DNA of 64,000 nucleotides from Limisphaerales bacterium (GTDB lineage: Bacteria; Verrucomicrobiota; Verrucomicrobiia; Limisphaerales; JADLHS01). Of the stretch, positions 37,912-44,156 are shown piece after piece. Made by a program: the position numbers and the translations under genes. The notes below the pieces were generated by a model, which made no database searches, was not told the DNA's origin, and saw nothing but the letters and a program-made list of their open reading frames with translations. The DNA lies in assembly GCA_044225555.1 (NCBI GenBank), contig JBGAIM010000010.1:9457-73456 (forward strand), read 5' to 3'. Position 1 is the first letter of the stretch; each line of letters starts with the position of its first letter.

Positions 37912-40014
37912 TCAAGGTGCCGCCCGGAAGAATCGGGCAGGCTCCGTCGGCAGGAACGGATAGGCGGGGAGCGCTGCGCCGGGGACCGGAGTCCAGGTGG
38001 CCGTCGGACCAAGCGTCGGCGAACTGAGGAGCGTGCCAAATGGCCACGTCACGGAGTTGCCGATGCCCGCCGTACCGAAGTTGTAGCGCAGTTTGAGCGC
38101 CGCGGTGTCCACCAGCGCGTCGCTGGTGAAGACGGAGGTAATTTCGCCCGCAGTGAGAACGCGGTTGTAAATGCGGAAGTCGTCCATCTGGCCGTCATAA
38201 CGCTTCCAGTAACTGTCGTGCGAGCGGCCCAACTCGATCGCTTGCGCGGTCGGCCAAGCCCAGGCGGCCGTGTTGGCCTGCGTGCCCTGAGAGGCGCCGT
38301 CCACGAAGATTTCGATGCTGCCGGAAGCCGATTGATCGTAGGTGACGGCGACGTGGTGCCAGTTGCCGTCGGGCAGATAGCCGCCGGCAAAACTGTTCGC
38401 CCCGCCGGAGCACTGGACGAAGATGTTGCCGGCGTCGTTAAGCACGATCACTGCGCCGGAAGTGGTGCGGCGGTCAAAGATGATGGCGCCTTCATTGCCC
38501 GGACCGGGAACCGGGGCATCCGCCTTCATCCAGAACGTGAAGGTGCCGGTGGTGGAATCAAAGTCCGGACTGGCGTCAACCTTGATCTGACTGTTGTTGG
38601 CCGTGGAGAATACTTCCACGCCCGTGCGGGTCACGGGGATGGCCGCAACATCCGTGCTGGAGGCGAGCCAGGTGGTGAGGTAGTTCGCGCCTTGATGGGG
38701 TGTTCCCACGGGCTTGGAATCCTCGATCATTCCGCCGGGCACAATACCGACGACCAACGGCGCACCGGTGCCAACCATGAAAAGCGCGTTGATCTCGCTC
38801 TGGGTGAGAGCGCGATTGTAAACGGCGAACTCATCCTCCTGGCCGAGATAATTGCGATCGGCGCGGTCGGGTTGGTTGCCGGCGAAGCCCAGCGGCGAGT
38901 AAACCGCCAGAGGGGCGTGGGCCACGGTGTTTACCGACGACTTCAAGGTCAGTCCATCGGACATGTAGAACGTGGCCTTGGTGGGTTCAACCACCATGGC
39001 GACAAACGTCCAAGTGTCTGCGGGAACAACGAGGCCGGAACCCCAACCCCAGTAGTTGCCTTTCCAGTGGTAGCGCAACTCGCCTTGGGGACGACCGCTG
39101 GTGTTCTCAATGTGCATGCCGCCGTCGCCAAGCCAGCAGGGCCAGCCGAGATCGGCCGTTGACGGAGTACCATCACGCTTGAGCCAGCCGGCGACCGTGA
39201 TGGTGTTGACGTTCAGGTCCGGGCAAATTGGGGCGCCGATGTGCCCGTAAGTAGCGCCACTGGTGATGGCAACGTTGGTGGATTCCAAGCCCGGTTGAGT
39301 CGGCGGACGAGGTCCAACCGTGCCCGGCACCACGTCAAACCCGTATGCCCCGTTCCAGGCAGTTCCGAGCGTGCCGCTGTTCACGGGGAATGGCGCCGTC
39401 GGACCGGCCGGATCGTTCAGTCGCCAATAACCAACGGGTGAACTGGCTTGCACCAATGTCCCATAATCGATGCTGCGGGCGGCGTTGGTGCCGTTCTGGT
39501 AGTGCGCGAGAATGTCTTCCGCGCTGAGGGCGGTATTGTAGATGGCCACTTCATCAATGCCCCCCTTGAAGAGCAGCAGGTTGGCGCCGGTATCAATATC
39601 ATTACGTCCACCGAGCCGCATCTGGACGGAGGTGTTGGGGGTGAAGCCCGGGGCGCTCAAATCGGCGCCTTGTTGAACGCCGTTGACATAGAACCTTTGG
39701 ATTCCGGTATTCCCGTCATAAACACCCACCAGATGGGTCCAGACTCCCGGCACCACATCCACGGTTGAACTGATGGTTCGCCCGCTCGCGCCGGAGTAGG
39801 TGCGGAACGACCACTTGGTGGTGGCGTTATGGGCGAAGAACAGGAAACCGTCCGAAGTGCTGGCGCCGCGGTTGTAGAGGGGCGACCGGGCCGAGGTGCC
39901 AATTACCTCTGCTGGCTTGACCCACAATTCGGCGGTGAAGGTGGCCGGGTTCAATGCCGCATCAAACGGGATGTCAATAACCTTGCCGTCGTTGCCCGTT
40001 CTGCCTGAACTCAA
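37912..40014 (-). CDS. 3x LamG (concanavalin-like) repeat protein with C-terminal F-F-R domain; probably the C-terminal part of a frameshift-split gene
   Basis: LamG_3-type endings 'DEVAIYNTALSAEDILAHY', 'DEFAVYNRALTQSEINALF' and 'DDFRIYNRVLTAGEITSVF'. There is no signal peptide, only a TTG 'start', and the frame stays open upstream to 40128. Confidence 0.7.
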   Translation of the reverse strand: MSSGRTGNDGKVIDIPFDAALNPATFTAELWVKPAEVIGTSARSPLYNRGASTSDGFLFFAHNATTKWSFRTYSGASGRTISSTVDVVPGVWTHLVGVYDGNTGIQRFYVNGVQQGADLSAPGFTPNTSVQMRLGGRNDIDTGANLLLFKGGIDEVAIYNTALSAEDILAHYQNGTNAARSIDYGTLVQASSPVGYWRLNDPAGPTAPFPVNSGTLGTAWNGAYGFDVVPGTVGPRPPTQPGLESTNVAITSGATYGHIGAPICPDLNVNTITVAGWLKRDGTPSTADLGWPCWLGDGGMHIENTSGRPQGELRYHWKGNYWGWGSGLVVPADTWTFVAMVVEPTKATFYMSDGLTLKSSVNTVAHAPLAVYSPLGFAGNQPDRADRNYLGQEDEFAVYNRALTQSEINALFMVGTGAPLVVGIVPGGMIEDSKPVGTPHQGANYLTTWLASSTDVAAIPVTRTGVEVFSTANNSQIKVDASPDFDSTTGTFTFWMKADAPVPGPGNEGAIIFDRRTTSGAVIVLNDAGNIFVQCSGGANSFAGGYLPDGNWHHVAVTYDQSASGSIEIFVDGASQGTQANTAAWAWPTAQAIELGRSHDSYWKRYDGQMDDFRIYNRVLTAGEITSVFTSDALVDTAALKLRYNFGTAGIGNSVTWPFGTLLSSPTLGPTATWTPVPGAALPAYPFLPTEPARFFRAAP

Positions 40015-40114
40015 CTCCGCCGATTTGTTGGCATCGCCGACAATCGCACCCGGCTGTTGGAACGTGACGTAACGTTTCGCGACGCCATTGTCCGCCGATC
40101 CAGTGCTGCCGCTA

Positions 40115-41338
40115 TTAGACCGGGACTTTCACGGCGAGCGTTGCCGAAGCGGACACCATCGGGCCGACCGGGTTGTTGACTTCGACCGTGTAGGTGCCGG
40201 CCGAGCTGCTGGTGACACTGGCGATGGAGAAGGTAGCACTGGTGGCGCCGGGGACTGCCACATTGTTCGACTTCCATTGATAGGTGAGTTGTCCGCCGGT
40301 AGCGGCGACGGTAAAGGTAGCTGGATAGCCTTGATAGAGGTTCTGGGAGACGGGCGCTTGTGTAATCACCGGCGCCACGACGTTTTGGATTGTTACCTGC
40401 GCCACCGCGCTGGTTACGGCGCCGAAGGCATTCGTGACGACGACGTCGTAAGCGCCGGTATCGCCGATAGCGACACTGGAATTGGTGTAATTGGCGAAAT
40501 TGGCGCCCGGAATTTCTGTCCCGCCTTTGCGCCATTGATAGTGAAGCGTTGGAGCTCCGGAAGCTTGGGAGGCCAATGAGAAAGACCCGCCCGGGAAGAT
40601 CAGGCCCACCGGTGGCTGCGGGTCCACTTCAATCAACGGCGGGTTGTTGGCGGCGGGTGTATAGGTGATGACGATCCCGGCCAGGCAGGAGCGGATGGAA
40701 GAATTCGTCTTGGCGAAGCCTTGAATCGTCACCGAGTCGTTGGCGCTCAATGTGGCAAAGGCAGGGCTGACGGTGCTGTCGCCGGCCAGACCACCGGCGA
40801 AACTCGGAGTATAGTTGGCCAGATATTCGAGCGTGTTCGTGTCCGTGGCCGAGTAAACGCTGACGGGCATGAAGTCAGCCCCGCTGTCAGTTGCCGCGAT
40901 GGTCTTGATGGTAAAGCTGGATGCAAAAGCGCGCAGGCCGGTCAATTTGACCTTGTATCCATAGTCCGTGTCGTCGAGGTAACCATAGATGATCTGGTTG
41001 TCACCCGCCGTCGGGACCGCGGCGTAGAGGCTGTAGGTATTCTTGCAGGACCAAGTCACTTGGAGGTCACCGCCGCCCGGCACCGCGAAGGTTCCGTTGG
41101 TTCCCACGCCACCACCGGCGCCCGAGTTGGACACCATGGGCGCGTTGTACCAATTGGCCAGCGGTATGCCGAAGGCGCCCGCCGAATCCGTGAGCGTGCC
41201 GTAAGGCGTGCCGCCCCAGTTATCCGCGAAGTTGATCCCGATCTGGGCGCCGTGACTGGCCGCACCAAGCATCATGGCGGCGGCCGGTATTACGAGGAGC
41301 CCTTTCTTCAACTGAATGGGTAATAGTCTTCTTTTCAT
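40115..41338 (-). CDS. secreted protein with unknown N-domain + two Ig I-set-like domains; probably the N-terminal part of a frameshift-split gene
   Basis: The ATG at 41338 gives 'MKRRLLPIQLKKGLLVIPAAAMMLGAASHG'. Ig domains: 'LHYQWRKGGTEIPGAN...GAYDVVVTNAFGAVTSAVAQVTI' and 'LTYQWKSNNVAVPGAT...GTYTVEVNNPVGPMVSASATLAV'. The ORF ends right after the second Ig domain. Confidence 0.7.
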   Translation of the reverse strand: MKRRLLPIQLKKGLLVIPAAAMMLGAASHGAQIGINFADNWGGTPYGTLTDSAGAFGIPLANWYNAPMVSNSGAGGGVGTNGTFAVPGGGDLQVTWSCKNTYSLYAAVPTAGDNQIIYGYLDDTDYGYKVKLTGLRAFASSFTIKTIAATDSGADFMPVSVYSATDTNTLEYLANYTPSFAGGLAGDSTVSPAFATLSANDSVTIQGFAKTNSSIRSCLAGIVITYTPAANNPPLIEVDPQPPVGLIFPGGSFSLASQASGAPTLHYQWRKGGTEIPGANFANYTNSSVAIGDTGAYDVVVTNAFGAVTSAVAQVTIQNVVAPVITQAPVSQNLYQGYPATFTVAATGGQLTYQWKSNNVAVPGATSATFSIASVTSSSAGTYTVEVNNPVGPMVSASATLAVKVPV

Positions 41339-41686
41339 TTTGGGTTTTGCTTTGGGTTTGAGGCGAGACTCAGGTAACGGGGGCAACCATACACTCGCTT
41401 CGATTCATGGGATTGGAATCGGTAGTTCGCTCGCCATTGACCGGAAGGCATCCCTGACCTTCACTATCAACACGAAGTAACCACCAGTTTGATTTTATGT
41501 CTCTTGATCCGGATTCCACTGGTCAAAGTCGCCAGCTTGACTCGAACGACCGCGCGGAAGTTTTGCGTCATTGGCGACCTGCCTACTCTAGCCTTCGTAT
41601 GATTCAGCACCATCCCACAAACGGGGGGGGAATGCTGCGGAGCACAAAGCAGGCGCCGCGAGAATGAGCAACCGTGCCGAGCTGGT

Positions 41687-43246
41687 TCAGGCGACGTAGC
41701 CAAAAGCCCGGCAGTAAGGGGACAGCTTTGCCTGAATCGGCGCCAGTGCTGCGGCATAACGCTGCCACCGTCCCACCGCACGTTGATAAACCGGCTGCGT
41801 CACATCGTGGTAGGTCGGCGCGTAGAGCACCTTGCGCCGGGCGGTTTCGTGATAGCGCGCTTGATCCGCGTGCCAGGTCAGCCCGAGAAATTCGGTGGCG
41901 CGCCGTCCTTCTCCCTCCACGTCCGCGACTACATCTTCATAGCGCGTCTCGATCCAATCGAACCCACCCAGCTCCCGCATGCGCAGCCACACGTCCATCA
42001 AATCCGCGTAGTGCTTGGCCGTGCGCTCCAGGCTGAGAAAGTTCACGTTGGTGGCGTTGAGCATGATGTTCAGAAAGAAGCAACTGATGATCACATCACG
42101 CGGATCACGCAAAGCAATGATGACCTTCAATTCCGGAAACACCCTTAGCCAGATGTTGAGCGACATCGTGAGGGAGGGATTTTTGTCCAGCAACACACGC
42201 GCCGTGGGTTCACTGGGGATTTCACGCAGGAGGCTTTTCACATAGCGTCGGCGCATGTCAGCTCGCCGGGCCGCCGGAAGCGAATCCAGACTGCGCAACG
42301 CGGCGCCCGGACCTTGCAGTGGGGCCAGATGGTTGCAAATCTCCTGGGTGAACGCCATCGGTTCGTCGAAGGCTAGTGCGTCCGGGTGGGCGTCCAGAAT
42401 CTGTTCCAGCAAGGTCGTGCCGCTGCGTGGATGTCCGCCCAGGAAGGCAATCTGGTAGCGCTCCTTCGAGGCGTGGGCTTCCGCGCGCCAGCGGCGGATC
42501 ACTTCGGGAGTCATCTCTGCGAGCAATGCGCGCCGCTGCCGATCGCCTTCGTCGTAGCCACGCTCCAACAACGAAGTGTCCGTGATGGTTCGGACCTGCG
42601 CCTTGGCCTCGCACAGCCAGCGCATGGCTTCGTCGTAGTGACCGAGCTGGTCCAGCACCACGCCCAGCAGATGTCGGCTGGCATACTTCACGTACGGATA
42701 CTGCGGCCCGTCCTTGATCAAATCCCGCAATTCCGTCTCGGCCTCAGTGTGCCGCTTCTTGCGATGCAGGAGAAAGGCCCGGAAGTACCGGACTTGATCG
42801 TCGCGCGGATGTTTCGCCCGACACGCTTCGACACATTCCCACGCTTCATCCAGTCGCCGCTCCTTCTCGAACCACACGGCGAGATTGATGCGCGCGTCCA
42901 CCATATCCGGCGCCGCGGTGACGGCGCGCTCGAAACAGGTGCGGGCCTCGTCCAGTTGCCGCAGACCGAGATACTGATTGCCAATCATCCCGAGCAAGGA
43001 GGCGTTTGCCGGCGCGAGAGCCATCGCTCGCTGATAGGCCTGATTGGCCTGCTTGAAATCCAGTTCGCCCGCCGCCGCGTTGCCCAACTCAAACCACAAT
43101 TGGGGGATCGCTGGATACTTGGCAGCCAACTGCCGATAACCCGCCAGCGCCGGACCGGGTCGTCCGCCGAGAAGCTGCTCTTGGGCCTTCTGCCAGCGGG
43201 CGAGATCGCGCGGATTGCGCTGCAGCATGCTCTGCGTGCCTTGCAT
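41687..43246 (-). CDS. TPR-repeat sulfotransferase (PAPS-dependent, cytoplasmic)
   Basis: N-terminal TPR-like repeats. The 5'-PSB motif 'HPRSGTTLLEQIL' and the 3'-PB-like 'IALRDPRDVIISCF' are present. No signal peptide. A start at 43246 (MQGTQS) sits 1 nt after the upstream stop according to track coordinates. Confidence 0.8.
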   Translation of the reverse strand: MQGTQSMLQRNPRDLARWQKAQEQLLGGRPGPALAGYRQLAAKYPAIPQLWFELGNAAAGELDFKQANQAYQRAMALAPANASLLGMIGNQYLGLRQLDEARTCFERAVTAAPDMVDARINLAVWFEKERRLDEAWECVEACRAKHPRDDQVRYFRAFLLHRKKRHTEAETELRDLIKDGPQYPYVKYASRHLLGVVLDQLGHYDEAMRWLCEAKAQVRTITDTSLLERGYDEGDRQRRALLAEMTPEVIRRWRAEAHASKERYQIAFLGGHPRSGTTLLEQILDAHPDALAFDEPMAFTQEICNHLAPLQGPGAALRSLDSLPAARRADMRRRYVKSLLREIPSEPTARVLLDKNPSLTMSLNIWLRVFPELKVIIALRDPRDVIISCFFLNIMLNATNVNFLSLERTAKHYADLMDVWLRMRELGGFDWIETRYEDVVADVEGEGRRATEFLGLTWHADQARYHETARRKVLYAPTYHDVTQPVYQRAVGRWQRYAAALAPIQAKLSPYCRAFGYVA

Positions 43247-43247
43247 C

Positions 43248-44147
43248 TTACGGTTTTGACTTTGGTGGGTTGCTGACCTGAACTGCGTTGGTCGAGAACG
43301 TGATGTAAGCAAAACACTCGGGGATGTGCGAATCCCAGACGCCGTGGCGCGTCCAGAACCAGCCGCCCGAATCCTTGGCCGGCGGCGCTGCTTTGTAGGT
43401 GTTGAAGCGCGAGAAATCCATCCGCCATACGTCGCCCTCCTTGGGGGGCAGGGCGCGACCGTCCGTGGCGAGCCATTTCATGTTTCGCCACGGCAATGCC
43501 AGTTCCACCGTCCAGCCGCGGTCGCGGTCGGTGTCGTCATTCACCGTGCCGTCGATTTGGACCGCCGTTTTCAGGCCGGGAAACGAATGGTCGAAATTCC
43601 CTACGCGTCCGCCGCGCGGATGATTGGTGAACCCGACGCCGTTGAAGGGAACAAGTTTGGCTCCGGAGAATTCCGGTTGACTGGCCAGGCCGCTTTTCTC
43701 GAACGCGTCGTTCCACGCGAAGAATACTTCGTAGCAGGTGTTGAAGGCATTGATCTCGAATTCGTAGTAGGCGTCAGGTCCGGCGATGAAGAATTCCACA
43801 TCGTTGTCCTGGTAAATGAAATCATTGTGGTTGGTGAACTTCGCGTGGACCATGGGTTCTTCCACGCGGTAGGACACGTAGAGGTATTGGTCATCCCACA
43901 ACACCGCCGCGCGCGTGTCATGAATCACCGGCCCGCCAGTGAGGATGTCCACGAACCGGGGAGACAAGGTGGCGGACCGCCAACTCGGTTCATCCAGCTT
44001 GCCGTCAATCGTGATCGGGCCGGACGTGCGTTGTGCCGTGTAGCGGGCGATCTCGCTTTGGGGGCAAGGAAACTTCCAGCCGACCGATCCAGCCAAAGCG
44101 GCCCGGCCGCCGCATGCCACGAGTAAAAGAAATAAGAGTGCTTTCAC
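43248..44147 (-). CDS. CBM9-like (DOMON-type carbohydrate-binding family 9) lipoprotein
   Basis: GTG start giving 'VKALLFLLLVAC' (lipobox). 'ITIDGKLDEPSW', 'DDQYLYVSYRVEEP' and 'DNDVEFFIAGPDAYYEFEINAFN' follow the CBM9-like pattern. Confidence 0.65.
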   Translation of the reverse strand: MKALLFLLLVACGGRAALAGSVGWKFPCPQSEIARYTAQRTSGPITIDGKLDEPSWRSATLSPRFVDILTGGPVIHDTRAAVLWDDQYLYVSYRVEEPMVHAKFTNHNDFIYQDNDVEFFIAGPDAYYEFEINAFNTCYEVFFAWNDAFEKSGLASQPEFSGAKLVPFNGVGFTNHPRGGRVGNFDHSFPGLKTAVQIDGTVNDDTDRDRGWTVELALPWRNMKWLATDGRALPPKEGDVWRMDFSRFNTYKAAPPAKDSGGWFWTRHGVWDSHIPECFAYITFSTNAVQVSNPPKSKP

Positions 44148-44156
44148 GTTGGATCG

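Noticed and set aside
40011-40535. The 174-aa minus-strand ORF overlapping the Ig-domain gene, as a possible bridge across the frameshift.
   Set aside because: It is in the third frame, Arg-rich and lacks domain features. The LamG frame itself is open up to 40128 and explains the junction.
43200-43321. While hand-translating, my nucleotide indexing differed by 1 nt from the ORF track between about 43201 and 43320. I read an apparent missing c at the 43200/43201 line break and an extra g at 43320/43321. That would imply frameshifts in the sulfotransferase and CBM9-like genes.
   Set aside because: The supplied ORF track reads both genes (41687..43312 and 43248..44147) straight through, with sensible protein sequence. 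I attribute the discrepancy to my manual reading and used the track coordinates. No frameshift is claimed here.
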